Below, piece after piece: positions 1-8,826 of a stretch of 32,451 nucleotides of DNA. Location of the stretch: assembly GCA_029856365.1 (NCBI GenBank), contig JAHQWW010000029.1, positions 1-32,451 of the forward strand. The letters are read 5' to 3'. Each line of letters starts with the position of its first letter. The stretch's first letter is position 1. Source of the stretch: Candidatus Hodarchaeota archaeon. Its GTDB lineage: Archaea > Asgardarchaeota > Heimdallarchaeia > Hodarchaeales > Hodarchaeaceae. Below the pieces are notes generated by a model, which saw nothing but the letters and a program-made list of their open reading frames with translations, was not told the origin of the DNA and ran no database searches. The position numbers and the translations under genes were made by a program.

Positions 1-480
1 ACATTACCTGATATAATTGATAAGACCTTGACTGGAACACGTTTCCCATTTCATTCGTTATTAGTCTCGGGGATGCTTTTATTGTTACTCAATTTGATTG
101 TAAAGTATTATATAAACTCACGACCAACACTTTCATCTAAATCCCCAAAGATCTTGAATTATTTGCTCTTAGCATCCTTTGCTTTAATGACTCATCCTAT
201 ATTAGATCTAGAAGGGCTTGTACCACTATTTTACCCTATAGATCTTCGTGGTTATCAGTTAGATTTCCAGATATCAATAATCCAATCAATTCCTCCACGA
301 ATTAGTAATTTTTCACTTGGTGTTATTGTTAAACCATTTGATTATTCTCTTACATATGATCATGAAGGAGATCTTTTTGTCCTTTTTGATGTCCTTCTCG
401 CTTTTTTGTTATCACTAACAATCATTTTCAAGGGTTTGTTTAAAATTATAAATCAAATATTTACACCAAAGAAGGAGTAA
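1..480 (+). CDS. Membrane-bound metal-dependent hydrolase (YdjM/DUF457-like), 5'-truncated by the window edge
   Basis: Frame 1 is open from base 1 (TLPDIIDKTLTGTRFPFHSLL...). It has PD, HSL and HPILD motifs spaced by hydrophobic helices, as in this family. The TTG at 28 is not the real start. Confidence 0.65.
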   Translation, partial: TLPDIIDKTLTGTRFPFHSLLVSGMLLLLLNLIVKYYINSRPTLSSKSPKILNYLLLASFALMTHPILDLEGLVPLFYPIDLRGYQLDFQISIIQSIPPRISNFSLGVIVKPFDYSLTYDHEGDLFVLFDVLLAFLLSLTIIFKGLFKIINQIFTPKKE

Positions 481-487
481 ACTTGGT

Positions 488-1006
488 ATGTCTAGACTTG
501 AGGTTCCAAATTTATGGGAATTTAATTGCTTCGGGTGTTCTCCGTCAAATGATCACGGTTTAAAACTTAAATTTTATCTCTCGGATGAAGAGGAAGGATG
601 TTTTACAGAATGCATTATTTCTGATAATTTTTGTGGATTTGATGGATTGGTTCATGGGGGAATCATCGCAGCTCTTCTTGATGAAGTGGCTGCGTGGACT
701 ATCATTTGTCAGCTTTATGAGGTTGGGATCACACGCGAAATTAAAACCAGATTCCTAAATCCAGTTCGCGCAAACTCTAAAATTCGTGTTGAAGGGGAAA
801 TCATTGATTATGAGGGAAAAAATGTGACAGTTCTTTCAAAAATCACTTCTAATAAGGGTTTATTACTTGCAGAGGCTGAATCCAAGTGGGTGATTCCCTC
901 TATATCCACTCTGGCAAAAATTGGTGGAATGAATAAGGAATATATAAAGCAATTAATCAAAAGTGTTATCCAACCTATTCAACAACTTAAGGTAAACAAT
1001 AGATAG
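488..1006 (+). CDS. PaaI-family hotdog-fold thioesterase
   Basis: CFGCSPSNDHGLKL N-terminal motif and VHGGIIAALLDE hotdog signature; AAGGAG upstream. Confidence 0.9.
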   Translation: MSRLEVPNLWEFNCFGCSPSNDHGLKLKFYLSDEEEGCFTECIISDNFCGFDGLVHGGIIAALLDEVAAWTIICQLYEVGITREIKTRFLNPVRANSKIRVEGEIIDYEGKNVTVLSKITSNKGLLLAEAESKWVIPSISTLAKIGGMNKEYIKQLIKSVIQPIQQLKVNNR

Positions 1007-1066
1007 ACTTTTTTCCTGTTTGTATTAAATAGAAAACAGGAGAATTAAAATAGTAAGGAGAAATTA

Positions 1067-2377
1067 ATGACATTATTTGACCACCTGGGAGTAAAGGATC
1101 CATTTCCCTTCATTGACAAAGAACCTTATCCAGTGTATCGAAACAGATGGAGGGATCTCTTAAGGGGGAAGTTAAAAAAGTCATTCAAGTTGGAATTCAA
1201 CAAAAAATTTGATTCGAAACTCTATAATGATGAATTCTATTCAAATAATTACTCTAGGACGTTGAAAAATGCAATCAAGCTTCTAAAAACTGTTGGGTGG
1301 CGTGATGATCCCTATGATAGACAACATTGGGGAAATTGGTTACATAGCTTATCTCCATACCAAGGTCGAATGACTCCTTCCTTAGCTCATTGGCTCATAA
1401 AGATTTTTTCCAAAAAAGGAGACCTTATATTAGATCCTTTTATGGGTGTTGGGACTGTTCCCTTAGAAGCTGACTTTTTACAGAGATTTACTATTGGTAT
1501 TGATTTGAATGTCTACGGATATGTGGTAGCTAAAGGAAAATTTGAACGAAAATCGATTGATTATTATCTCAATTATTTAAAAGAAATGAGAAATATTGAC
1601 ACTTCAGAAATCGATATAAGTGGTGTTTCAGATTGGATTCAAGCATACTTTCATCCTAAAACTCTTAAAGAAATCGTTTTTCTAAATAAAAAGTTGAGAG
1701 ATGAAAAAGAATACTTCTTACTTAGTTGTTTAATGGGAATTTTACATGGGAATCGACCAGGTTATCTTTCCGTTTGGACTGGTTGTATTATTCCAATGAC
1801 ACCACGTCCAGTTTCACATCCAAAATATCGTCCTGATAAGGATAAACCCGAATATAGGGCTGTTATTCCACGGATGGCAGCGAAAATCATGCGAATGTAT
1901 TCAACAGGGTTTCCGTTGGAAACAAATGCCCGATTAATACTCGGGGACGCTCGTAAGATAGAATTAAGAGATGACACTATCGATGTAGTGATCTGTAGTC
2001 CTCCATATTACAATACACTTGATTATGTGGGACAAAATAGGGTACGTCTTTATTTTCTTGGATTAAACCGGGAGAAACAAGTCGATCTGAGACAGGAATT
2101 AATTCAGGACAGTAAGAACTATCTAGATGATATGATTACTGTTGGAAAGGAGCTAAAAAGAGTGGTAAAGGATGGTTCACTGATTATTTTCGTCCTTGGT
2201 GATGTTCATCGGACTAAATATTCAATTAATACAGCTAAAGAAGTTTCAGAGAAGTATCAGCAGCTTGATTTTGAGGAAATAGCAATAGTCAACGACGAAA
2301 TCCCCCTAAATAAAGTCGTAAGTCGCTCTAAAAGAAAAAAATTCGATCGTATACTTGTACTAAAAAACCAGGAATAA
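1067..2377 (+). CDS. Site-specific amino-DNA methyltransferase (N4-cytosine/N6-adenine), orphan
   Basis: SAM-binding motif LDPFMGVGT precedes catalytic motif CSPPY (alpha-type order); HSLSPYQGRM motif; AAGGAG SD upstream. Confidence 0.85.
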   Translation: MTLFDHLGVKDPFPFIDKEPYPVYRNRWRDLLRGKLKKSFKLEFNKKFDSKLYNDEFYSNNYSRTLKNAIKLLKTVGWRDDPYDRQHWGNWLHSLSPYQGRMTPSLAHWLIKIFSKKGDLILDPFMGVGTVPLEADFLQRFTIGIDLNVYGYVVAKGKFERKSIDYYLNYLKEMRNIDTSEIDISGVSDWIQAYFHPKTLKEIVFLNKKLRDEKEYFLLSCLMGILHGNRPGYLSVWTGCIIPMTPRPVSHPKYRPDKDKPEYRAVIPRMAAKIMRMYSTGFPLETNARLILGDARKIELRDDTIDVVICSPPYYNTLDYVGQNRVRLYFLGLNREKQVDLRQELIQDSKNYLDDMITVGKELKRVVKDGSLIIFVLGDVHRTKYSINTAKEVSEKYQQLDFEEIAIVNDEIPLNKVVSRSKRKKFDRILVLKNQE

Positions 2378-2589
2378 TCCTTCTCCTTTGGCTGAAATAT
2401 AACTTGAGATAAATCCCCAAGATAGTTAGTTATCAACTTATATCTGCCAATACCGATGTTGGTCAGTATTACTTCTTTATTACCCATCTTTATCTCACTC
2501 AGGGCGTTTTTATTATTACGTCACTATCCATAAGTTGAAAAATGAAATAGAGTGTGAAAAAAAAAGGACCAAATAAGAGAGGAAAAAGA

Positions 2590-2958
2590 ATGAACAGAAA
2601 TCTTATTGCTTACTTTTTCCTTTCAACGTTTTTACTATTTGGAATTATAGTACACTCGCTGGATGACAACCAAGAACCTACCACGTCTCTATCAAATATG
2701 ACTCAGTGCCAGTTAACCCCTATTTCAAGAATGAATTTTAGAAAACTCTCTTCAAGTTCAATTAATCAGTATATTACACATAAACCAATATCAATTGAAA
2801 ATAACACTGATTTCATAACTCAAGCTAAAAATGAAGGATGGAAGGGAAGTGGCAGCCAAGAAAATCCATATATTATTCAAGGTTTCCATATTTATACTTC
2901 TGGTGTCTCAATAAAGATTGAAAATACTGATTTATTTTTCATATTAAATGAAATATAA
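2590..2958 (+). CDS. N-terminal fragment of a NosD/parallel beta-helix surface protein (split gene)
   Basis: Hydrophobic signal/TM segment, then HKPISIENNTDF...GWKGSGSQENPYIIQG...IKIENTDLFF, the typical cap of archaeal beta-helix surface proteins. ATG 2590 follows GAGAGG. The frame ends at the junction with the next ORF. Confidence 0.7.
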   Translation: MNRNLIAYFFLSTFLLFGIIVHSLDDNQEPTTSLSNMTQCQLTPISRMNFRKLSSSSINQYITHKPISIENNTDFITQAKNEGWKGSGSQENPYIIQGFHIYTSGVSIKIENTDLFFILNEI

Positions 2959-4069
2959 TTCATTAGAGGGGCACATGACTGAACCTATATGGGCAATTGA
3001 AGGATCAGGAATAGTATTCTGGAATGTTACAAATGGAATTATTGTTAACAATACCATTTGGAATGCTGCAGCGGGAATTTTCTTACGATTCTCCTCTAAC
3101 AACATTATTTCGAACAATATTATTGAAAATAATGAATATGGTGGTATTAGGATGCATTCATCCTCTAATAATACCATTTCAAATAACATAATCTCTGATA
3201 ACGGTAAAACCGACCAATTCAGTTCATCAATCTGTGGGATTTTCCTAAAGCAATCTCCCAATAATACCATTAATAATAATATCATTAATAACAATAATCA
3301 ATATGGTATCAATTTATACATGTCATCTAATAACTTTGTTTCCAATAATCGCATTGATGACCATTTATTTGCAGCTATTGATATGGTTAATGATGACATG
3401 TCCCAATATTCTTTCGTTAGCTCTTATAATAATACTTTTTCTAAAAATACTTTATCTGGTAGCAAATGGGGTATAGGTATCCGTGGAAGTGACAATGTTA
3501 TATCAGAGAATATCATTTTTAATAACAAAATTGGAATTTATCTTGGATTATATAACTACGAAATGTATTTAGTGGGGACTATTATCTCTATAAACGCAAA
3601 TAAGATTAATGTTTCGGACAATATCATCTCTAATAACAGTTCAGGTGTTGTTCTAGCAAATTCACTCGAAATCAGCATATTGAATAATACAATATATAAT
3701 AATACAAATTATGGAATAAGGATAGATCCTCCTTCGGAAGACAACTTAATAAAAAGAAATGATTTCATTACAAACAACCTCGATGGTATTTCGCAAGCAT
3801 TTGATAATGGTTCTAGTAATATTTTCCTTAATAACTATTGGTACGAATGGACCAGTCCCGATTCTGATGGTGACAACATCGTAGATAAACCTTATTCCAT
3901 AGCAGGAGATATACAGAACACAGATCCTTTTCCTCTTATTTATCCTTTTAATCCTAATAGTCCTACCGATATCACACTCCCTCTACCTAAATCGAGCCCT
4001 GGTTGGAATTTTGCCATTCTTTGGTTAGTGTTTGTTACAGTAATTGCACTAAGAAAGGTAAGAAAATAG
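2948..4069 (+). CDS. NosD/CASH right-handed beta-helix surface protein, C-terminal part, with PGW-CTERM-like anchor
   Basis: Many GIxLxxSxNNxIxNN repeats; NYW..W..PDSDGDNIVDKPY; Pro/Ser/Thr linker; PGW + TM helix + RKVRK basic tail. Confidence 0.85.
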   Translation: MKYNSLEGHMTEPIWAIEGSGIVFWNVTNGIIVNNTIWNAAAGIFLRFSSNNIISNNIIENNEYGGIRMHSSSNNTISNNIISDNGKTDQFSSSICGIFLKQSPNNTINNNIINNNNQYGINLYMSSNNFVSNNRIDDHLFAAIDMVNDDMSQYSFVSSYNNTFSKNTLSGSKWGIGIRGSDNVISENIIFNNKIGIYLGLYNYEMYLVGTIISINANKINVSDNIISNNSSGVVLANSLEISILNNTIYNNTNYGIRIDPPSEDNLIKRNDFITNNLDGISQAFDNGSSNIFLNNYWYEWTSPDSDGDNIVDKPYSIAGDIQNTDPFPLIYPFNPNSPTDITLPLPKSSPGWNFAILWLVFVTVIALRKVRK

Positions 4070-4225
4070 AATAGGCAAAAAAGGGTCAGAAATTAAATAA
4101 ATTAATGAGATTACGCCACTATACTTAGACATATGATTGAACTATTTTTACCTGTATTGAAATTCGTAAAGCAAAATTCATAGATTTCAATTGATAGCTA
4201 TCATTCAAAAGGACTAAAGTGGTCG

Positions 4226-4804
4226 TTGGTGATAGAATTGAAGTCAGTATTAATTGTATTCGCAAGTCGGTTTGGAAGTACTGATGAAATTGCTCATGAG
4301 ATTGCAGAGGAACTTGAAAAGCACGAAATTATCACTGAAATGCTTAACCTAAAGGATGGGGAAAGTACCCCCTCTCTGGATGAGTTTGATGGCATTCTTG
4401 TTGGTTCAGGCGTGAAAATGGGTCGCTGGACAAAGGAAGCTTTTAGTTTTTTAAAACAAAATCATAATTCACTTAACAACAAGGTTCTAGGTTTGTTTGT
4501 CAGTTCTGGCGAAGCAGCCAATCCTAAAACCCATGATGGCGCCCGAAATAATTACTTGGAAAAGATTATGGAAAGAACGGGTGGGAAAGCTGATATGGCT
4601 GAAGCATTTGGAGGTATTTTTGATCTTTCATCCAATTCAAATTATTCATTTCTAGAAAAAAAGATCATCTTAAGATTGGCAAAGTCTGTGAAGGAAGGCA
4701 TTATAATGCAAGAAGGAAAAGTGAATGATTTCCGAAATTGGCAATTAATTCGTAATTGGGCAACTGATTTTGCCAATTTAGTGAAAACCTATAAAAAAAA
4801 ATAG
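4226..4804 (+). CDS. Flavodoxin-domain protein (HemG-like/Flavodoxin_5)
   Basis: FASRFGSTDEIA FMN phosphate loop, FDGILVGS, FGG and DFRNWQLIRNWA C-terminal motif. Confidence 0.85.
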   Translation: MVIELKSVLIVFASRFGSTDEIAHEIAEELEKHEIITEMLNLKDGESTPSLDEFDGILVGSGVKMGRWTKEAFSFLKQNHNSLNNKVLGLFVSSGEAANPKTHDGARNNYLEKIMERTGGKADMAEAFGGIFDLSSNSNYSFLEKKIILRLAKSVKEGIIMQEGKVNDFRNWQLIRNWATDFANLVKTYKKK

Positions 4805-5142
4805 GAGAATCTCATTATATCTAATCTTTACCCTTTAAGTTTTTTTTGTAAAATAGTGTAACCTAATATATTCTTTTCTCGTCAATCAAAGAGTACAGCA
4901 ATAAGTTGATGGATTTTAGGCTTAGATTCGAGACACAATATAGTCTATCCAACTTGTGGGGAGTTTTTCCGTAGAAGAAAAAACCTTGAGGTGTATTTGA
5001 ATGTTAAAATATTCCGAGGAACTTACTTTTTTACTAGGTTGGTTGAACTTGATATAATAAACATTAATTCTCTGGATAAATTGCAAGGAACTTACCCTCA
5101 GAAAGATATTGTAAGACAGAATGAAACAGAGGTTGAAATAAT

Positions 5143-5391
5143 TTGGGAACTGCAAAGGAATTAGCGGAAGAATACATGGAAGAATTTTAAAAACGAGAAA
5201 AAGAGGCAAGAGAGGATCGTAAAAATTCAGTAAATTGGGAGCTTGTGGAAAAAATGTGTACACCAAAACAGATTGAAGCAATCCAGTTGTTTGTCGAATA
5301 TCGATTTTATGAAGGAGCAGCTTCAAACGCAGAGATGAGTATCTTGGATTTTGTCCAACTATTAAATAAATTGGGTATTTCTCGTGGGTAA
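5143..5391 (+). pseudogene. Small HTH protein (UPF0175-like C-terminus) interrupted by an in-frame TAA
   Basis: TTG 5143 after GAGGTTGA. Translation: (M)GTAKELAEEYMEEF*KREKEAREDRKNSVNWELVEKMCTPKQIEAIQLFVEYRFYEGAASNAEMSILDFVQLLNKLGISRG*, with TAA at 5188-5190. Absent from the ORF track. Confidence 0.55.
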
Positions 5392-5636
5392 ATAAGATTT
5401 TGAGAGATTCTTCTATTAATACTAACCATTGTACCGACGTCTAGCTAACTTATTGATATCTAGTTTGTAATCATAAGTTCCTTATCTTGAAGGATTGTCT
5501 AATCCAAACAACAAATATATAAGCTTCTAAGCTTTAATTATGTTTACTCCAACTATTTTCTAAGTTATATTGAAATTACTACCTTTAATATAGGAGCTAC
5601 TCCAGAAAAGGTCATAGAAAAACTAGGTGGCTTCAT

Positions 5637-6863
5637 ATGTCCAGTAATGCCAAGAAGGCCATTCCAGATCGAATAAGGAGTTTAATAATGGACAGTCACC
5701 TCGAAAAACCCATTTATGAATACAAACGTGAAGAGATTTCAGGATTTACATCAAAAGCAATAATTGGTATTGGAAAATATTATGCTGCAAAACTTAAGCG
5801 GAAAGCAAAAATCGAAACAATAGCTGATCTGGCAAATCTAGATCTTAAAATAGCTGACGAAATCGGAATAAGTCGAAAGTTGTTAGAAAAATGGACACTT
5901 TCTGCTTCTATTATCCATAGGTTTGCTTCTAGTACTGAAGTACCTTTATCGTCACATCGTGTCTGCATAGCTGGATTGGGTGCTGCAGGTAAAAGCTCTT
6001 TAATAAAAACCTTGCAAACACAAAAAACAACACCAGTCACCTTTCCCACTTTAGGAGCTTCAATAGAGCATCTTGATTTTCTTGGATTAAAAATCGCGTT
6101 GTGGGATCTTGGAGGGCAGCCAAGTTTTCACAAACTCTATCTAGATGATCCAAAGCAATTCCTATCAAGAACTATGCTACTAATCTTCGTATTAGATACA
6201 CAGAGAGAAGAACGTTCAGGTGAGGCAGCCCAATACCTAAATAATTTACTAATAAAATTCAAATATTTAAAAGAAAAACCTAAAATATACTTAGTTCTAC
6301 ATAAATACGACCCAATTCTTGATAAAACCGACCTTGATAATTCAATCGATGTTATTCTCAATAATATACGGCCTGTATTAACTAAATATAGGTACAACTT
6401 TAGGATGTTAAAAACAAGCATTTTTGACGTTGAAGAATTGGTTAAATTATTTTCACGAGTTTTCGCAGACGTTTCCCCTTTAAGTGAAATTCTTTCTGAT
6501 TCTCTTGCGTTTTATTCTGAGACTCATGGTTTTACAGCAAGTTTTCTCTTAACCGAGAATTGTTTTATAGCTGCAGAGTGGACCACTCAATTAACAACAG
6601 AACAGAGAGACAAATTATTTCTAGAAATAATGGAAGGAATCCGCCAAGAAGTTTATGAAAGCGAAAAAAAGCATGACAAACTCGTAATTATGAGCCAGAT
6701 GGGAGGGATATTTATTACCATTGATCGAATGGAATTTGATTCAATCAAGTTGTTCCTTTGTTCAATTAGCACCGAATTCAAATCAAATACTGAACCAGAG
6801 ACGGAAAAATTTATTGGCGAAATCCGGCCTTGGATTATTAATTTCTTTTCAATCATTACTTAA
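5637..6863 (+). CDS. Rag/Arf-like small GTPase with N-terminal HhH-like domain and C-terminal roadblock/longin-like domain
   Basis: G1 GLGAAGKS, G2 PTLG, G3 WDLGGQ, G4 HKYD, G5 TSIFD. N-terminal IIGIGKYYAAKL...IETIADLA (HhH-like). C-terminal alpha/beta domain beginning ILSDSL...ASFLLTENCFIAAEW. Confidence 0.85.
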   Translation: MSSNAKKAIPDRIRSLIMDSHLEKPIYEYKREEISGFTSKAIIGIGKYYAAKLKRKAKIETIADLANLDLKIADEIGISRKLLEKWTLSASIIHRFASSTEVPLSSHRVCIAGLGAAGKSSLIKTLQTQKTTPVTFPTLGASIEHLDFLGLKIALWDLGGQPSFHKLYLDDPKQFLSRTMLLIFVLDTQREERSGEAAQYLNNLLIKFKYLKEKPKIYLVLHKYDPILDKTDLDNSIDVILNNIRPVLTKYRYNFRMLKTSIFDVEELVKLFSRVFADVSPLSEILSDSLAFYSETHGFTASFLLTENCFIAAEWTTQLTTEQRDKLFLEIMEGIRQEVYESEKKHDKLVIMSQMGGIFITIDRMEFDSIKLFLCSISTEFKSNTEPETEKFIGEIRPWIINFFSIIT

Positions 6864-6889
6864 GCCGTGTAAAATTATCTTACAATTAA

Positions 6890-8716
6890 TCACTTGAGGA
6901 GCTCTTCAATTCTTTGTTTTTCATCTAGGGTGAGATCACCATCATTTTGACATCGTCTTATTTGATAGAACATTCTTAATCCATTCTTGAAATCTTCTTC
7001 TGATTGAAAAGCTTTGGAACCTTCCGCGGATCCTGATGGAAGGGCTTCGTTTAGTAAACGGAAAGGTAATTGATCATAGGCTCCTGCGGGTTCTTCAAAT
7101 TCTCTCATGTTAAAATATCGTGTTAAGCTCCAAATATTCTGAGCAATTTTTCGCACATCAATTTGGGATCCTGTAACTGCAGAATAAAGGGCTTGACCAT
7201 CCTCTAAATTCAAAGCAGGAATTATTGAATGAGTGAAATGACAAATAATCAGAGAATCTTTGATAATTTTCAGATCTTGATCGGTTACGAGAGTCTCGAC
7301 AACTTCAGAAGTTATAAATTCGTCTTTGGGTATTTTAGTTGTAACTGGCCAGCCACGTAAATGAGATGCACCGACTGCGGCTGTAGCATAACTTAATCCT
7401 AAAGCTAATCTTCCCCGAGGATCCCATGCGGCCATTTCTAAGCCTTTAACATTGATTGCATATTTTTCTGTCTCTTTTTCGAAGATCTCTGCTACAATCC
7501 TTGTTCCTTCTGCTAAGATGTCACCCACACCTTGTCTATTTGCAATCTTATGGATTAAATTTATTAATCCTTCTTTATCACCAAAGGAAATTTTATCAGA
7601 TTTGTATTTTTTAGGAACTACATCTTTTTCAGAGCATTCCATGAAAAAAGCAATAGTTGAACCGAGAGAAATTGTGTCAAGAGAATACATATTAGCGAGA
7701 TAGTTAGCTTCGATTACTGTTTCGAAATCGACTCCGCAATTTGATCCCAACATCCCTAAAGATTCATATTCTGGGACTGATACGATGTGATCTTTTTTTG
7801 CATATGAGAATTCTTGGTTAAAAATGTGCGCACAAGAAAGTGGACAGCGATAACAAGGTTTCGTTTTGGTTGTGTAGTGATTGATAGCTTCCTCTTCGAG
7901 TAATGCTGGATTTTCAAGCATTCCCTCTTGGAAATTACGAACTGGTATCTGATCACGATTTGAAGCTACAGTAACTAAGTTTGGAGTACCAATGCGATAT
8001 ATTCTAAGACCAGATGTTCGACCTTGTGTAACTCTATTACGGAGTTGTGCAGCTAATTCATTCAGAGCTTCAAGATCTGACACTGGAATGTCTTTCGATG
8101 AACCTTTAATAGCGATAGCTAAAAGGTTTTTACTTCCAAAAACTGCTCCTACTCCACCACGGCCCGCATTACGAAAACTTTCGCTTGTTACACAAGCAAA
8201 TTTAACCATATTTTCTCCTGCTGCCCCGATTGACATAATCTTAACTTCATCAGTTTCTAAGTCTTTTTGGATCTGGATCTCCTTTTCTAAGGCAGATTGC
8301 CCCTTTAGATGTTCTCCTTCCTTAATTTCAACATTATCATCGATAATCAATAGATAACATGGTTTTGGAGCAATTCCTTCGATAATTAGGCAATCATAAC
8401 CAGTAAATTTCAGTTCTGGGCCAATAGATCCACCTATATGTGAATCTAAAAAGAGGCCTGTTAATGGTGACTTAGTTACAATCGAATAACGTCCACAAAT
8501 CGGAACAACAGAACCTTGAAGGGGCCCCGTTACAATAACTAATTTATTTTCTGGTCCTAAGGGATCAATTCCAGGTGGTAATTCCCTAGTGAGAATATAT
8601 GCGCCCAATCCCTTACCCCCTAGAAAGGTTTCAATAATATTTGGAAGAGGTTCAGTAGTTATTTGATTTGTGCTTAAATTGACTCGAACTAGACGATTAT
8701 TGTAACCATTAGTCAT
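6890..8716 (-). CDS. aor: Aldehyde:ferredoxin oxidoreductase (tungstopterin family)
   Basis: FLGGKGLG, TKSPLTG, SIGAAGEN, AGRGGVGAVFGSKNL, CYRCPLSC Fe-S motif, PEYES, DTIS, DPRG and GASH motifs. Confidence 0.95.
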   Translation of the reverse strand: MTNGYNNRLVRVNLSTNQITTEPLPNIIETFLGGKGLGAYILTRELPPGIDPLGPENKLVIVTGPLQGSVVPICGRYSIVTKSPLTGLFLDSHIGGSIGPELKFTGYDCLIIEGIAPKPCYLLIIDDNVEIKEGEHLKGQSALEKEIQIQKDLETDEVKIMSIGAAGENMVKFACVTSESFRNAGRGGVGAVFGSKNLLAIAIKGSSKDIPVSDLEALNELAAQLRNRVTQGRTSGLRIYRIGTPNLVTVASNRDQIPVRNFQEGMLENPALLEEEAINHYTTKTKPCYRCPLSCAHIFNQEFSYAKKDHIVSVPEYESLGMLGSNCGVDFETVIEANYLANMYSLDTISLGSTIAFFMECSEKDVVPKKYKSDKISFGDKEGLINLIHKIANRQGVGDILAEGTRIVAEIFEKETEKYAINVKGLEMAAWDPRGRLALGLSYATAAVGASHLRGWPVTTKIPKDEFITSEVVETLVTDQDLKIIKDSLIICHFTHSIIPALNLEDGQALYSAVTGSQIDVRKIAQNIWSLTRYFNMREFEEPAGAYDQLPFRLLNEALPSGSAEGSKAFQSEEDFKNGLRMFYQIRRCQNDGDLTLDEKQRIEELLK

Positions 8717-8826
8717 TATATATCAGAAAGACGAATGAATGTGAAGATGTCTAAAAGTTTTAGTGCCAGTAAGTAAACTCTGAATTAATAAGAGATTCAT
8801 ACCAAGAATTACTCAGGTGTCTTATA

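Noticed and set aside
2257-2487. 76-aa minus-strand ORF as a restriction or control gene for the methyltransferase
   Set aside because: It overlaps the methyltransferase 3' end, is short, and has no nuclease or HTH motif.
2557-2565. A9 tract as a phase-variation switch for the surface protein
   Set aside because: It lies upstream of the likely ATG at 2590 and far from the frameshift at about 2950.
3040-3840. AAT-rich quasi-repeats as a CRISPR array or DNA tandem repeat
   Set aside because: These are Asn-rich beta-helix codons, with no identical repeats separated by unique spacers.
4922-5326. 134-aa minus-strand ORF in the track
   Set aside because: The Leu/Phe/Pro-rich composition is the antisense shadow of the purine-rich plus-strand pseudogene; no motif.
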